Part shown: positions 53,156 through 64,000 of the stretch, piece after piece
Layout: each line of letters begins with the position of its first letter
How positions within the stretch are numbered: position 1 is the first letter of the stretch
From: an uncultured Gammaproteobacteria bacterium
Lineage (GTDB): Bacteria > Pseudomonadota > Gammaproteobacteria > JAADHQ01
Reading direction: 5' to 3'
Length of the DNA stretch: 64,000 bases
Assembly (NCBI GenBank): GCA_947258755.1
Contig: CAMYJO010000002.1
Location: 208,909-272,908 of the forward strand
Notes under the pieces: generated by a model
Database searches by the model: none
Seen by the model: only the letters and a program-made list of their open reading frames with translations
What the model was told of the DNA's origin: nothing
Made by a program: the position numbers and the translations under genes

Positions 53156-54438
53156 GTCATCAGCACGGTAACAAGCAAATCATATCCTGGGCCTTGTACG
53201 ATTGGGCCAACTCCGCCTATGCAGTGACCGTCATGACGGGTTTTTTTCCGTTGTTTTTCAAGCAATACTGGGCCGACACATTAAGCCCGGAACAAAGCAC
53301 CTATCAACTGGGATTAGCCAATTCCATTGCCAGCCTGAGTATTGTCATATTAGCGCCCCTGCTCGGTTCGATTGCAGATCAGGCCGGGAGTAAAAAACGT
53401 TTCCTGTTGTTATTTACCTTCCTTGGTGTCGCCATGTGTGCTGGCTTGTTTCTGGTCAAACAGGGTGACTGGGAGCTGGCGATTATTATTTATATGCTGG
53501 CGTCGATCGGTTTTATGGGCGGTGTTAGTTTTTCCGATTCACTACTGGTGCATGTTGCCCCCAAGAAAAAATTAGATCGGGTCTCTGCACTCGGTTATGG
53601 CCTCGGTTATATCGGCGGCGGATTATTGTTTGCGTTATGCGTATGGATGTTACGCAGTCCTAGCGCCTTCGGTTTGAGTGAAGCAGCGGATGCAATACGC
53701 TTGTCTTTCGTTCTGGTCGCAGCCTGGTGGCTGGTGTTTGCGATACCCGTATTTATCTGGGTGGCGGAACCGCCGACTGCAGGGAATGCAAAGGGCATTA
53801 GAGAGAGCACCTTCGCTGGCATCCGTCAGCTGCGCGATACTTTTCAGGAGATCAGGCAATTAAAAATCGTGTTTACCTTTCTATTGGCCTACTGGTTGTA
53901 TATAGACGGCGTTGACACGATTGTGCGTATGGCGGTTGACTATGGGCTTTCATTGAATCTGGATAGTGGCGATTTAATTCTGGCGATACTCATCACTCAG
54001 TTCATTGGTTTTCCGTCGGCAATCCTGTTTGGCCACCTGGGTGAGAGGTTGGGGCCGAAGACGGGTATACTCATCGCCCTGGCGGTATATATTTTTGTGG
54101 TCCTGTGGGCCTATCAGATGGAATCGAGCTGGGAGTTTTATGTATTGGCAACACTGATTGGCTTGGTCCAGGGAGGCGTGCAATCGTTAAGTCGTTCGCT
54201 GTATGCTCGCATCATACCGGCACACCGGTCCGCTGAGTTCTTTGGTTTTTATAATATGCTGGGTAAATTTGCGGCGGTGTTGGGCCCGATTATTGTCGGC
54301 TGGGTGGCGCTGATATCGGGCAGTCACCGGGTTGCCATGTTATCGATCATTGTTCTGTTTGTACTGGGTGCAATCTTGTTACTCAGGGTGGATATCAATA
54401 AAGGCATGCAAATAGCGAGATCCCTGGATGAGACGTAG
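53152..54438 (+). CDS. MFS transporter (Atg22/UMF1-like)
   Basis: WALYDWANSAYAV N-terminal motif; 12-TM organisation; 4-nt overlap with the aas 3' part. Confidence 0.7.
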   Translation: MSHQHGNKQIISWALYDWANSAYAVTVMTGFFPLFFKQYWADTLSPEQSTYQLGLANSIASLSIVILAPLLGSIADQAGSKKRFLLLFTFLGVAMCAGLFLVKQGDWELAIIIYMLASIGFMGGVSFSDSLLVHVAPKKKLDRVSALGYGLGYIGGGLLFALCVWMLRSPSAFGLSEAADAIRLSFVLVAAWWLVFAIPVFIWVAEPPTAGNAKGIRESTFAGIRQLRDTFQEIRQLKIVFTFLLAYWLYIDGVDTIVRMAVDYGLSLNLDSGDLILAILITQFIGFPSAILFGHLGERLGPKTGILIALAVYIFVVLWAYQMESSWEFYVLATLIGLVQGGVQSLSRSLYARIIPAHRSAEFFGFYNMLGKFAAVLGPIIVGWVALISGSHRVAMLSIIVLFVLGAILLLRVDINKGMQIARSLDET

Positions 54439-55657
54439 AGCATTTCTGCTCGGTGCCGGGTCGGCCGGTTTGCTGGTCATGCATCAGCGCTATTGGCCGG
54501 AGGATGGGCTGTATAACGAATGCCTGGATCAGCGTATACCTGCAAACTTGCAACAGCATGCAATGATCAGTGAGGCCATTGCCGGACTGGATTTCAGCCA
54601 GGTTTGGGATAATCATGTCCATTTGATTGGCCTCGGGGACATGGACAAAACCGTGTTTACCAATCCGGACATGATGACCTGGCGGCACCCGTTAAAGCAT
54701 GTTCAATACCAGTTTTACATGGATGCCTCCTGTGCAGGTGAGCGCGGTCAGGTTGATCAAGGCTATGTCGATCGTATGCGCTTGCTGACGCATGACCTGC
54801 CGCCCGGTATGAAAATCATGTTGCTGGCATTTGATTATTTTCACGATGAGCATGGTCGGCACGATAAAGAGAAATCCTTTTTTCATATTCCGAATGATTA
54901 CACAGCAAGGGTTGCTGTCAGTGATCCGCAACGCTTTGAGTGGGTGGCTTCGATACATCCCTATCGAGAAGACAGTATCGCCTTGTTGGAGTCCGCAGTG
55001 GCCAAAGGTGCACGCGCCATTAAATGGTTGCCCGAGGCGATGGGGATTGACCCGGCTGCGCGCCGCTGTATTCCCTTCTATCAGGCCATGCAGCGTCTCG
55101 GCCTGCCGTTGCTGAGCCATGCCGGGCATGAAACGGCGGTCGGCACTGAGGGCAGTCGTGAGTCGGCCAATCCATTGGTGTTAAGACATGCACTCGATCA
55201 GGGCGTTAAGGTCATTGTCGCGCATTGTGCGTCACTGGGTAAGGCGGCAGACCTGGACAAGGGGGCCGGGCGTACTGAGAAGCCCTGTTTTGACTTGTTT
55301 GTGCGCATGATGAACGAGCGACAGTATGAAGGTCTATTAACGGGTGATATCTCTGCATTGCTACAAATGAATAGGCTGGATGAACCGATCAAATACCTGT
55401 TACTGAAAGAGGAATGGCACCCGCGGTTGATTAATGGTTCGGACTACCCATTGCCCGGTATCCTGCCGATCATACCGCTGAAACAGATTGTGCGTATGGG
55501 GTTGTTACAGCAACAACAGGCGACCCTGTTGAGTGAGGTACGGCGCTATAATCCGATATGGTTTGATTTTTTATTGAAGCGCATGCTGCGATGGCAGGGC
55601 AAGGGTTTTGCTGATAGTGTTTATGAGACGCGCCAGCATTTTATCCGGGAAATTTAA
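54428..55657 (+). CDS. Tat-exported amidohydrolase-family (TIM-barrel metal hydrolase) protein
   Basis: Twin-arginine signal MRRRAFLLGAGSAGLL, then an amidohydrolase_2-like fold (HVHLIG..., HAGHE..., VAHCAS). Confidence 0.6.
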   Translation: MRRRAFLLGAGSAGLLVMHQRYWPEDGLYNECLDQRIPANLQQHAMISEAIAGLDFSQVWDNHVHLIGLGDMDKTVFTNPDMMTWRHPLKHVQYQFYMDASCAGERGQVDQGYVDRMRLLTHDLPPGMKIMLLAFDYFHDEHGRHDKEKSFFHIPNDYTARVAVSDPQRFEWVASIHPYREDSIALLESAVAKGARAIKWLPEAMGIDPAARRCIPFYQAMQRLGLPLLSHAGHETAVGTEGSRESANPLVLRHALDQGVKVIVAHCASLGKAADLDKGAGRTEKPCFDLFVRMMNERQYEGLLTGDISALLQMNRLDEPIKYLLLKEEWHPRLINGSDYPLPGILPIIPLKQIVRMGLLQQQQATLLSEVRRYNPIWFDFLLKRMLRWQGKGFADSVYETRQHFIREI

Positions 55658-55678
55658 AGTGTCTCAGTATCTTGATAG

Positions 55679-55912
55679 TTGTATAAACAGGTAATAAGTA
55701 TGAGTGAGCAGGATAAAGAGCTTAGTTTATTTAAAGTGGTGTTAAGTGTATTGGCTGCCATGTTTGGTGTGCAAACCAGTAAAAATAGAGATCGGGACTT
55801 TGCCAAGGGCCGTCCGGCAGCCTACATTATTGTTGGTCTTATCATGACCGTTCTTTTTATTCTGACGATATGGCTGGTGGTCAAGTTTGTCATGAGTGCG
55901 GCTGGGGTTTGA
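55679..55912 (+). CDS. DUF2970-family small membrane protein
   Basis: MFGVQTSKNRDRDFAKG motif and one TM helix. The start may be ATG 55700. Confidence 0.6.
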   Translation: MYKQVISMSEQDKELSLFKVVLSVLAAMFGVQTSKNRDRDFAKGRPAAYIIVGLIMTVLFILTIWLVVKFVMSAAGV

Positions 55913-55968
55913 ATGTATAAGGAATCATGGCAAAGATCATTTATAATGATTTTTTGGACTTGGCTTCC

Positions 55969-56139
55969 TTATTCGTTAGTGTCGTTCTTTTTACGCCATT
56001 TGTCATAGCAATCCAGGCCACAAAAATTGATGACATAGTCGTTAGCCTCCACGATTTTTGCCTCCGATTTAGGTATTTCTTTAAGGCATTCTTCGCACGG
56101 TACTTTCTCTGTTTCAGTTGATTTGTCTTGCTCTTTCAT
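55969..56139 (-). CDS. small zinc-ribbon protein (DUF3330-like), not in the ORF track (<60 aa)
   Basis: 56 aa: MKEQDKSTETEKVPCEECLKEIPKSEAKIVEANDYVINFCGLDCYDKWRKKNDTNE. Has CxxC and CxxxC pairs. GAGG RBS 7 nt upstream. Begins 18 nt after the valS stop on the same strand. Confidence 0.55.
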   Translation of the reverse strand: MKEQDKSTETEKVPCEECLKEIPKSEAKIVEANDYVINFCGLDCYDKWRKKNDTNE

Positions 56140-56157
56140 ATCATACCTCTACCAAGT

Positions 56158-58917
56158 TCAGATATTTGCTATCCTTTCAAGTTGTTCCTGCAGGCTTTGT
56201 AGTGATGTGCGCATGTCGTCTACTTTTTTGCGTTCCTTGTCGACGACTTCGGCGGGTGCGCGATCGGTGAAGTTCGAGTTGGCCAATTTGGCTTCGCCGC
56301 GCTGCAGGTCTTTATCCAGCTTATCGATTTCCTTGCCCAATCGCGCTGTTTCTTCAGCTTTGTCGATTAGCCCGGCCATCGGTATCAACACTTTCATCTC
56401 ACCGACCAGCGCGGTTGCCGATTCGGGGGCTTGCTCCTTACCCAGTACTTCGACAGATTCGATTCGTGCCAGTGACTTCAGGTAGTGTAGTGTGTTTTGC
56501 AGTCGTTTCTGGTCCTGCTCTGAGGCATTTTGTAATAATACGGGTAGTGGCTTACCCGGTTTAATGTTCATGCCACTGCGTATTTTGCGAATACCGAGTA
56601 CAAAGTCCATGAGCCATTGAATTTCGTCAACGGCACCAGGATAGACCTGGCGTTGGTCACTGACGGGGTAGGCCTGTAACATAATGGTCTCGCCTGACTG
56701 GCCGGCCAGTGTCGATACCCGCTGCCAGATTTCTTCAGTAATAAACGGCATGATCGGGTGCGCCAGCCTTAATAGTGACTCCAGCACTTGTACCAGTGTC
56801 TGCCGGGTGCCACGCAGTTGTTCTGCGCTGCTATCTTCGTTGTATAGCACCGGCTTGGACAGTTCCAGGTACCAGTCACAATATTCGTTCCAGGTAAATT
56901 CATAGATGGCCTGTGCTGCATGGTCAAAGCGATAGCCTTCAATGGATTTGCGTACTGTGTCTATGGTGTTTTGCAGGCGACTCAATATCCAGTGGTCTGC
57001 GCTGTTCAGTTCTACCGGGTCACCCTGTTGTCCGCAGTCCTGAGCTTCGGTATTCATCAGTACATAGCGTGCGGCATTCCACAGCTTGTTACAAAAATTA
57101 CGGTAGCCCTCGACCCGATCCATCGACAACACGATGTCACGGCCAGTGGTGGCCAGCGATGCAAAGGTAAAACGTAAGGCGTCGGTGCCGAAGGCAGGAA
57201 TGCCATCAGGCAGGTTATTGCGTGTCTGTTTCTCGATACGCTCGGCCAGGTGCGGTTGCATCATGCCAGTGGTGCGTTTGCTGATCAGGGACTCGAGGTC
57301 AATGCCGTCGATAACATCAATAGGGTCGAGTACATTGCCTTTCGACTTGGACATTTTCTGACCTTCGCCGTCGCGTACCAGTCCATGTATGTAGACCTCA
57401 CGGAACGGTACCTGACCCATGAACTTGATACCCATCATGATCATGCGCGCGACCCAGAAAAAGATAATATCGAAACCGGTCACCAGTACACTACCGGGGT
57501 AGAAGGTCTTGACGGCGTCATTCTGCTGTGGCCAGCCGAGTGTGGAGAACGGCCATAGTGCAGATGAAAACCAGGTGTCGAGCACGTCTTCATCCTGGGT
57601 CAGGATGACATCGGCTGACAGGTTATGTTTTTCGCGCACATCCGCTTCATCGAGGCCGACGTAGACATTGCCATCCAAGTCATACCAGGCCGGGATGCGA
57701 TGCCCCCACCAGATCTGGCGGCTGATACACCAATCCTGGATGTTGTTCATCCATTCATAGTAGGTATTTTTCCAGTTGTCGGGCACGAAGCGAATATCGC
57801 CATCCTCGACGGCCTTGATCGCAGGCTCCGCAAGTGGTGCGATCTTGACGTACCACTGGTCGGTCAGGAAGGGTTCGACGACAGCACCCGATCGATCGCC
57901 GCGCGGCACCATCAGTTTGTGGTCGTCAATTTTTTCCAGTAAGTCCAGTTCCTTGAGGTCATGGATAATCATGTCGCGTGCTTCATAGCGATCCTGGCCA
58001 CGGTATTTTTCCGGCGCCTCATCATTAATGCAGGCGTCGATGGTCAGGATATTATATAGCGGCAGGTCATGACGTTTACCCATTTCGTAATCGTTGAAGT
58101 CATGTGCCGGCGTGATCTTGACGCAGCCGGTACCGAATTCCATATCGACATAGTCATCGGCAATGATCGGGATATCGCGGCCGACCAGCGGCAGCTTGAT
58201 GGTTTGACCGATCAGGTGTTGATAACGTTCATCGTCCGGGTGCACGGCGACGGCGGCATCACCGAGCATGGTCTCGGGGCGCGTGGTCGCTACCACCAGG
58301 TGACTGCCATCGCTGACCGGGTAACGCAGATGCCAGAGGTGACCGCTTTCCTCTGTAGAAATGACCTCAAGATCGGATACGGCGGTGTGCAGTACCGGGT
58401 CCCAGTTGACCAGCCTTTTGCCACGGTAAATCAGGCCCTCTTCGTGCAGGCTGACAAACACCTCGGTGACCGCAGCGGACATGCCTTCGTCCATTGTGAA
58501 ACGTTCGTTGGACCAGTCGAGAGAGGTACCCATGCGCCGTAATTGACGGGTAATAGTGCCGCCGGATTGTTCTTTCCAGTCCCAGATCTTTTTCGTGAAG
58601 GCATCGCGGCCGAGGTCATGACGGGTCTTGCCTTCGGCGTTGAGCAGGCGTTCGACCACCATTTGCGTGGCGATACCGGCATGATCGGTGCCAGCCTGCC
58701 ACAGGGTGTTGTCGCCACACATACGGTGATAGCGGATCAGGGTATCCATGATCGTATCCTGAAAGGCATGGCCCATATGCAGACTGCCGGTAACATTGGG
58801 CGGCGGGATCATGATGCAGTAGGGGTCGCCTTCGCCGCTAGGAGAGAAAAGATTTTTTTCTTCCCAGGTGTTATACCAGCGTTGCTCTATGTCTTGCGGG
58901 TTGTAAGTTTTGTCCAT
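56158..58917 (-). CDS. valS: valyl-tRNA synthetase
   Basis: 919 aa with HIGH ([14 protein letters not shown]) and KMSKS motifs and a C-terminal coiled coil. Confidence 0.95.
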   Translation of the reverse strand: MDKTYNPQDIEQRWYNTWEEKNLFSPSGEGDPYCIMIPPPNVTGSLHMGHAFQDTIMDTLIRYHRMCGDNTLWQAGTDHAGIATQMVVERLLNAEGKTRHDLGRDAFTKKIWDWKEQSGGTITRQLRRMGTSLDWSNERFTMDEGMSAAVTEVFVSLHEEGLIYRGKRLVNWDPVLHTAVSDLEVISTEESGHLWHLRYPVSDGSHLVVATTRPETMLGDAAVAVHPDDERYQHLIGQTIKLPLVGRDIPIIADDYVDMEFGTGCVKITPAHDFNDYEMGKRHDLPLYNILTIDACINDEAPEKYRGQDRYEARDMIIHDLKELDLLEKIDDHKLMVPRGDRSGAVVEPFLTDQWYVKIAPLAEPAIKAVEDGDIRFVPDNWKNTYYEWMNNIQDWCISRQIWWGHRIPAWYDLDGNVYVGLDEADVREKHNLSADVILTQDEDVLDTWFSSALWPFSTLGWPQQNDAVKTFYPGSVLVTGFDIIFFWVARMIMMGIKFMGQVPFREVYIHGLVRDGEGQKMSKSKGNVLDPIDVIDGIDLESLISKRTTGMMQPHLAERIEKQTRNNLPDGIPAFGTDALRFTFASLATTGRDIVLSMDRVEGYRNFCNKLWNAARYVLMNTEAQDCGQQGDPVELNSADHWILSRLQNTIDTVRKSIEGYRFDHAAQAIYEFTWNEYCDWYLELSKPVLYNEDSSAEQLRGTRQTLVQVLESLLRLAHPIMPFITEEIWQRVSTLAGQSGETIMLQAYPVSDQRQVYPGAVDEIQWLMDFVLGIRKIRSGMNIKPGKPLPVLLQNASEQDQKRLQNTLHYLKSLARIESVEVLGKEQAPESATALVGEMKVLIPMAGLIDKAEETARLGKEIDKLDKDLQRGEAKLANSNFTDRAPAEVVDKERKKVDDMRTSLQSLQEQLERIANI

Positions 58918-59079
58918 GCCTTAGGTCTTTATGCAATGATGTCAGTGGATCTATGCCCGCCAGTGGAATGTTGGGCATCCGAACTACCATTATAACCCCC
59001 GCCTGGATATCTAACCAGAAAAACATAGCTGGCTTGTTAGGGGTCGGCCATCAATGGGACCGGCAGATTTGAAGGGCTT

Positions 59080-59406
59080 CTATTTGGACACTAGTTTGTC
59101 GGTATGCGCCTGGTTTGCAGTTTGAATAATATCGGGCAGTTGTTGTTGTAGCTTATCCAGGATTTTCTCGGACAATTTCTGGCTTTCTTGTTTGACGACT
59201 TCATGCAAGGTTTTGACCATAGTCTGGTACAGGTGTTGCTGGAAAATGGCCTGTAATTCATCGCCCATGTGGCCGACCATCACATCCAGTTTAATATCGT
59301 TGTTGCCAGGTTTTTCGACCGGGGTATCCAGTGTCGGGATATTACCGGAGTTGTGCACCAGGTTCAGCAAGGGGGCTTTCTGATATGTATTCATATTGAT
59401 GACCAT
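59080..59406 (-). CDS. hypothetical protein between holC and valS
   Basis: 108 aa with no recognisable motif; 1-nt overlap with the holC stop. Confidence 0.4.
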   Translation of the reverse strand: MVINMNTYQKAPLLNLVHNSGNIPTLDTPVEKPGNNDIKLDVMVGHMGDELQAIFQQHLYQTMVKTLHEVVKQESQKLSEKILDKLQQQLPDIIQTANQAHTDKLVSK

Positions 59407-59831
59407 TACAATTTATGTGTTTGTAATTCATATCCACGGTCCCGATAAAACTTGTAGCGTTCACGCGCATGCAACTTCGAGTCCGGGGCCTCACTGACGA
59501 CTTCGGCCACACGTTCAAATTGGCTAAAGCATGCCGGAACTTCATCGGCCAGATTAATCAGTACATCGGCCCCGTGTTGCAATTCTTTATCATGTCCTAT
59601 GAGAATTGGTGCAGGTTTTTCACTATTTTCAGCATTTTTCTGGTGGGGTATAAAACTGCCGTCCCTGAAGGTCCACAACAGGTCATCGATGAATCCGGCC
59701 TGTTCGCTGGAACCGGCGTGGATATAGACAGTATTGCCCAATTTATACGCTTTTTCGGTGATTTTACACGCCAGTTGCAAACGGTCTTTATCTCGACTGG
59801 TCTGGCTGATATAGAAATCGATACGGGTCAT
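59406..59831 (-). CDS. holC: DNA polymerase III chi subunit
   Basis: MTRIDFYISQTSRDKDRLQLACKITEKAY... matches HolC. Conserved pepA-holC-valS order. Confidence 0.8.
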   Translation of the reverse strand: MTRIDFYISQTSRDKDRLQLACKITEKAYKLGNTVYIHAGSSEQAGFIDDLLWTFRDGSFIPHQKNAENSEKPAPILIGHDKELQHGADVLINLADEVPACFSQFERVAEVVSEAPDSKLHARERYKFYRDRGYELQTHKL

Positions 59832-59853
59832 GGACGCGGACTAAGGGCAATCG

Positions 59854-61344
59854 TTACTGAACACGGTTCATCAGGAATTGCATCAATAGCGGTACCGGTC
59901 GTCCGGTAGCCCCTTTTTCCTTGCCACTTTTCCACGCCGTACCGGCAATATCGAGATGCGCCCATTTGAATTTTTTCGTATAGCGCGACAGGAAGCAGGC
60001 CGCCGTGATGGTGCCGGCACCCTTGCCGCCGATATTGGCCATGTCGGCAAAATTACTGTCCAACTGGCTTTGATAGTCATCCCACAACGGTAATTCCCAG
60101 GCGCGGTCATGGATCTGTTTGCCGGCATTCAATAATTCGTGGGTCAGCGGGTTATGGTTACTGAGCAGGGCCTGTGCATGATGGCCGAGTGCGACAATGC
60201 AGGCACCGGTCAGTGTCGCCATGTCGATGACTGCAGACGGTTCGAAACGCTCGCAATAAGTCAGTGCATCACACAGGATCAGGCGACCTTCGGCATCGGT
60301 ATTGAGTATCTCAATGGTCTGCCCGGACATACTGGTGACCACATCCCCTGGTTTGTTGGCGTCACCGTCCGGGAGATTTTCCGAGCTGGGGACCACGCCG
60401 ACAACGCTTAATGGCAGCTGTAATTCGGCACAGGCCTGCAGGGTGCCAATAACACTGGCGCCACCGCACATATCGTATTTCATTTCATCCATGCCTGCAG
60501 ACGGTTTGATAGAGATACCGCCGGCATCAAAGGTCAGGCCCTTGCCTACCAGTACAATCGGGTTGTCATTGTTTTCGGCACCCTTGTATTCCATGACGAT
60601 CAACTTGGCAGGTTCGCGACTGCCTCGGGATACGGACAATAAGGAACCCATCCCCAGCTCTTCCATGTCGGCTTCTTCGAGAATGCTGGTGCTCAGGGCC
60701 TCATGTTCTTTTGCCAGCTGCAGTGCTGTCTTGGCAAGATAGGTCGGCGTGCAGATATTGCCGGGTAAATTGCCCAGGTCTTTGGCCGTCGATACTCCGA
60801 GGGCGATAGCCTGTGCAGACTTCAGTGCTTCCTCGCATTCGGCCAGTTCACGGCGGCTGGGTATGCTGATGATAATTTTTCGCAATGGTCTGCGGAACTC
60901 GTCTTTCTCTGACTTGAGCTGATCAAACTGATACAGCGTGTCTTCTACGGTCAGGATCAGTTGGCTGACTTTCCAGGGGCTGTCCTGTCCCTTGATATTG
61001 ATATCGGTCAGGTAAAACACGGCTTCCATGGTGCCGCCTTCGTTCAGGGCGCGGGTAGCGGTAGCAATGATGGTGGCGTATTTGTCCGGGCTCAGTTCAC
61101 GTTCACGTCCGCAACCGACCAGTAGAACCCGATCGCACAGTGTGCCAGGCACATTATATAGCAGCAGTGATTGTCCGAGCTTGCCTTCGATGTCGCCACG
61201 CCGGATAAGATTAGACAGATAGCCGTCACTGGCCTTGTCGATTTGCTCGGCAGACTGCGATAGCCGGCGTGGTTCGAAAACGCCGACGACGACGCAGGCC
61301 GAACGTTGTTTTTCAGGGTTGCCGCTTTTTACACTGAATTCCAT
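59854..61344 (-). CDS. pepA: leucyl aminopeptidase
   Basis: Start set at [23 protein letters not shown] (ATG 61344, AGGAGA RBS). M17 motifs NTDAEGRL. The ORF-track start 61500 adds a 52-aa extension unlikely to be real. Confidence 0.9.
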   Translation of the reverse strand: MEFSVKSGNPEKQRSACVVVGVFEPRRLSQSAEQIDKASDGYLSNLIRRGDIEGKLGQSLLLYNVPGTLCDRVLLVGCGRERELSPDKYATIIATATRALNEGGTMEAVFYLTDINIKGQDSPWKVSQLILTVEDTLYQFDQLKSEKDEFRRPLRKIIISIPSRRELAECEEALKSAQAIALGVSTAKDLGNLPGNICTPTYLAKTALQLAKEHEALSTSILEEADMEELGMGSLLSVSRGSREPAKLIVMEYKGAENNDNPIVLVGKGLTFDAGGISIKPSAGMDEMKYDMCGGASVIGTLQACAELQLPLSVVGVVPSSENLPDGDANKPGDVVTSMSGQTIEILNTDAEGRLILCDALTYCERFEPSAVIDMATLTGACIVALGHHAQALLSNHNPLTHELLNAGKQIHDRAWELPLWDDYQSQLDSNFADMANIGGKGAGTITAACFLSRYTKKFKWAHLDIAGTAWKSGKEKGATGRPVPLLMQFLMNRVQ

Positions 61345-61606
61345 AAGATCTCCTGGTCGGGTCGGTGTGTCCCGGGCATCGCTCTGGTGCCTGAATTGCT
61401 TGCTGAATGAATAATTCGCATTATCATTTATCCATGCCGAGGATGATGTATAATAATAATTAAAGTCTTGAATCAAGGCTGATTTGCACGCCTGATTCAC
61501 TATCTGCCGGCACGATTAAACAATAGATTATTGCTATTTTTGGAAGTTTACTACAAATAATGCATTTTTCCAGCCAAAATGATAACTTTTCAATAGTAGC
61601 GAAAGC

Positions 61607-62713
61607 ATGATTTCGATACTGGATCGCTATATCAGTAGGGAAATACTGAAGACGCTGGCCGGTGTTGGCATTGTTTTATATCTAATTTTTCTCAGTAACA
61701 AGGTCGTTCGTTACCTCGGTGAGGTGGCCTCCGGTGAGTTGCCGGGTAGTTATCTGCTGATTATTATTTCTCTGGTTTCCATCCGTTATCTGATTATCCT
61801 GACGCCGTTGGCCTTTTATCTGGCGATACTGTTGTTGTTCGGTCGACTGTACCGGGACCATGAAATGGTGTCGCTGTCCTCCTGCGGAGTCGGCGCCGGA
61901 CGGCTCTATCGGCCGGTCTTTCAGGTGGCCATACCGATGGCGCTGGTGATCGCAGTGTTGAGCTTCTACGCGGTCCCCTGGGCAGCCAGTTACGAAGCCC
62001 GTCTGGCCAAGGAGTTTTCAAAGAACCTGGAATTCACTGGCATCAGCCCGGGTAAAATTCATGTCGTTGGTGATCGTATTATCTATCTTGAAGAGATGTC
62101 CGAAGATCGTACTGAAATGCGTCATGTCTTTATTCGTGCAGCCTACAAAGAGCGTGATATCTTGATGGTCGCAGATAAGGCGCACATGGAGGTGGACCCC
62201 TATACCCAGGAACGGAAGTTGGTGTTAGTGAACGGTTCCCGTTATGAAGGCAACCCCGGTGAAACCGATTTCCGTCAGATGCGTTTTTCCCGACACAGCA
62301 TGCGCGTGGCTGCTTCCAGCAAAAAAGTGACAAGCTCATCGTATGAGGCGATGTCGACGATGCAGTTAATCAATGATGGTTCGCTGGCGGCAGCCGCCGA
62401 GGTTCAATGGCGTCTGGCGATACCCCTGTCTATCCTGCTATTGGCCTTTCTGGCGGTGCCTCTGGCGCGTATCCAGCCGCGCCAGGGACAATTTGGTAAA
62501 TTGTTTGTCGGTATATTGATCTATGTTGTTTATATTAACTTGATTGCCATATCGAAGGCCTGGATTGTGCAGGAAAAACTGCCCTTGTATGTCGGCTTGA
62601 GTTGGGTGCATGTGTTGTTGTTTGTTCTGACCTTGTTGATCTTACTCAAGCAATATGGCACTTACTGGGCCGGACAGGTGATGTTTACATTTGATCGGGG
62701 TGGTCGACAATGA
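61607..62713 (+). CDS. lptF: LPS export ABC transporter permease LptF
   Basis: MISILDRYISREILKTL N-terminus; divergent from pepA as in E. coli. Confidence 0.9.
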   Translation: MISILDRYISREILKTLAGVGIVLYLIFLSNKVVRYLGEVASGELPGSYLLIIISLVSIRYLIILTPLAFYLAILLLFGRLYRDHEMVSLSSCGVGAGRLYRPVFQVAIPMALVIAVLSFYAVPWAASYEARLAKEFSKNLEFTGISPGKIHVVGDRIIYLEEMSEDRTEMRHVFIRAAYKERDILMVADKAHMEVDPYTQERKLVLVNGSRYEGNPGETDFRQMRFSRHSMRVAASSKKVTSSSYEAMSTMQLINDGSLAAAAEVQWRLAIPLSILLLAFLAVPLARIQPRQGQFGKLFVGILIYVVYINLIAISKAWIVQEKLPLYVGLSWVHVLLFVLTLLILLKQYGTYWAGQVMFTFDRGGRQ

Positions 62714-63771
62714 AAATTATCGATCGCTATCTTGGCCTCGCAGTATTGTATGGTTCTTTGCTTGCATTCCTGGTGCTGCTGTCATTGTCGGCCTTTTTTG
62801 CATTCATTGACGAGCTTGGCGATTTGAAGGGTGATTACACTGCCTTCAAGGCGTTGGAGTATGTATTTTTTTCATTACCACAAAAAGGGTATGAGCTGTT
62901 TCATACGTCGATATTGCTGGGCTCATTGATGAGCCTGGGCAGCATGGCCAGCAATAGTGAATTGATTGTCCTGCGTGCGGCCGGTATGTCGATTGCACAG
63001 ATTACCTGGTCAGTGATAAAGGCCGGTCTGTTGTTGATGCTGCTGGGCGCATTTCTTGGCGAGGTCGTGGCGCCACCCGCGGAACGGCATGCGCAGAACT
63101 TACGCACGACCGCGATCACCGGGTCAACCACTATTCTGAGTGGTCAGGGTGTCTGGTCGAAGAATAAACAAAATTTTATTCGTGTAGGTCAGGTATTCCA
63201 GGATGCCAGGATTGCCGATATTGCTATCTATACCTTCGATGATGATCGCAGGCTCAGCTCCATTACCAAAGCCAAAGCGGCGACCTACACATCTTCGCTA
63301 TGGCGTATGCGTGATGTAACGGAAACGCGTTTTAGCGAGCAATCATACAATCAAAAACATTATGCCGAATTGGATTGGGATGCTTTGTTGCAACCGGAAA
63401 TGCTGGATACCTTGTCCGTCGACGAACATAATTTGTCGGTATTGTCCCTGTTTCGTTACATGAAGTATTTGAAAGGTAATCAACTCGATGCTTCCCGCTA
63501 TGAACTGGCATTCTGGATGAAGATGGTGAAACCATTCTCGGCACTGATAATGCTGTTGATCGCGATGCCGTTTGTTTTTGGTTCAATGCGTTCCAGTAGT
63601 ATCGGTCAACGTCTGTTGGTTGGTGTATTACTTGGGCTTGGTTTTCATATGTTTAATCAGGCATTGAATTACATTGGTGTCGGCTATGGTCTTAACGCGG
63701 TCGTGAGTGCGCTGTTACCGAGTTTAATTTTTGCGATAGGCGGTTTTTGGGCCTTGAAAAAGGTATTCTAG
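62710..63771 (+). CDS. lptG: LPS export ABC transporter permease LptG
   Basis: MKIIDRYLGLAVL N-terminus; 4-nt overlap with lptF. Confidence 0.9.
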   Translation: MKIIDRYLGLAVLYGSLLAFLVLLSLSAFFAFIDELGDLKGDYTAFKALEYVFFSLPQKGYELFHTSILLGSLMSLGSMASNSELIVLRAAGMSIAQITWSVIKAGLLLMLLGAFLGEVVAPPAERHAQNLRTTAITGSTTILSGQGVWSKNKQNFIRVGQVFQDARIADIAIYTFDDDRRLSSITKAKAATYTSSLWRMRDVTETRFSEQSYNQKHYAELDWDALLQPEMLDTLSVDEHNLSVLSLFRYMKYLKGNQLDASRYELAFWMKMVKPFSALIMLLIAMPFVFGSMRSSSIGQRLLVGVLLGLGFHMFNQALNYIGVGYGLNAVVSALLPSLIFAIGGFWALKKVF

Positions 63772-63783
63772 TCCGGCCCGGTT

Positions 63784-64000
63784 TTAATTGATGGGAGGCA
63801 CATAGCCCTTATCGACACGGACAACCTGGGTGCGTGCCAAAACATCATAAATGGCGCGGTATTGATGGTCCCACAGGCACCACAGTAAGCCGATACCAAA
63901 AGTCAGAATAGCCAGAATAAAGCGCAGCAATGCCTGTGACCAGTTCAGGTTGGCGCCGCTATCCAGTTGCAGTCGGATTTTCCATGCGCGCATTCCCAGT
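63784..64000 (-). CDS. RDD-family membrane protein, N-terminal part outside window
   Basis: C-terminal RDD-domain-like sequence (WSQALLRFILAILTFGIGLLWCLWDHQYRAIYDVLARTQVV). Frame is open to the window edge. Confidence 0.5.
   Translation of the reverse strand, partial: LGMRAWKIRLQLDSGANLNWSQALLRFILAILTFGIGLLWCLWDHQYRAIYDVLARTQVVRVDKGYVPPIN

Noticed and set aside
54692-55129. 145-aa minus-strand ORF
   Set aside because: Antisense to the amidohydrolase-family CDS.
55927-56121. 64-aa plus-strand ORF in the ORF track
   Set aside because: Opposite strand of the DUF3330-like zinc-ribbon ORF, which has the RBS and Cys motifs; it also crosses the convergent gene boundary.
56123-58995. Numerous plus-strand ORFs (70-157 aa) inside valS
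   Set aside because: Antisense shadows of valS.
61345-61500. 52-codon N-terminal extension of pepA in the ORF track
   Set aside because: PepA homologues begin at MEFSVKS..., and a strong AGGAGA RBS precedes ATG 61344. The extension is probably untranslated leader.

Overview
This 64 kb window is a gene-dense gammaproteobacterial core-genome region; 72 features are listed. Synteny resembles Enterobacteriaceae/Pseudomonas: rnfABCDGE-nth, divergent metG/apbC, purMN, ilvIH-ilvC, leuA, valS-holC-pepA divergent from lptFG. I found no rRNA, no tRNA, no CRISPR array and no IS or transposase. The standout is a four-gene minus-strand operon at 4468-7244 that looks like a bufferin-type MNIO RiPP cluster: a secreted Cys-repeat precursor, a DUF692/MNIO enzyme, a DUF2063 partner and DoxX. 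Its precursor is unusual, with two canonical EF-hand Ca-binding loops sandwiched between four EGKCGEGKCGG repeats. Other second-look items are: (1) a DsrC/TusE-family protein that lacks the catalytic C-terminal cysteines; (2) a clear MIF/D-dopachrome-tautomerase homologue flanked by two DUF4124 proteins; (3) an Mla-like transporter module whose ATPase subunit has lost every catalytic ABC motif; (4) an apparently frameshifted aas gene; (5) a DUF3330-like zinc-ribbon ORF below the 60-aa ORF-track cut-off; (6) nested palindromic repeats downstream of glnS. All calls rest on reading the translated ORFs and the DNA by eye; no database searches were run.
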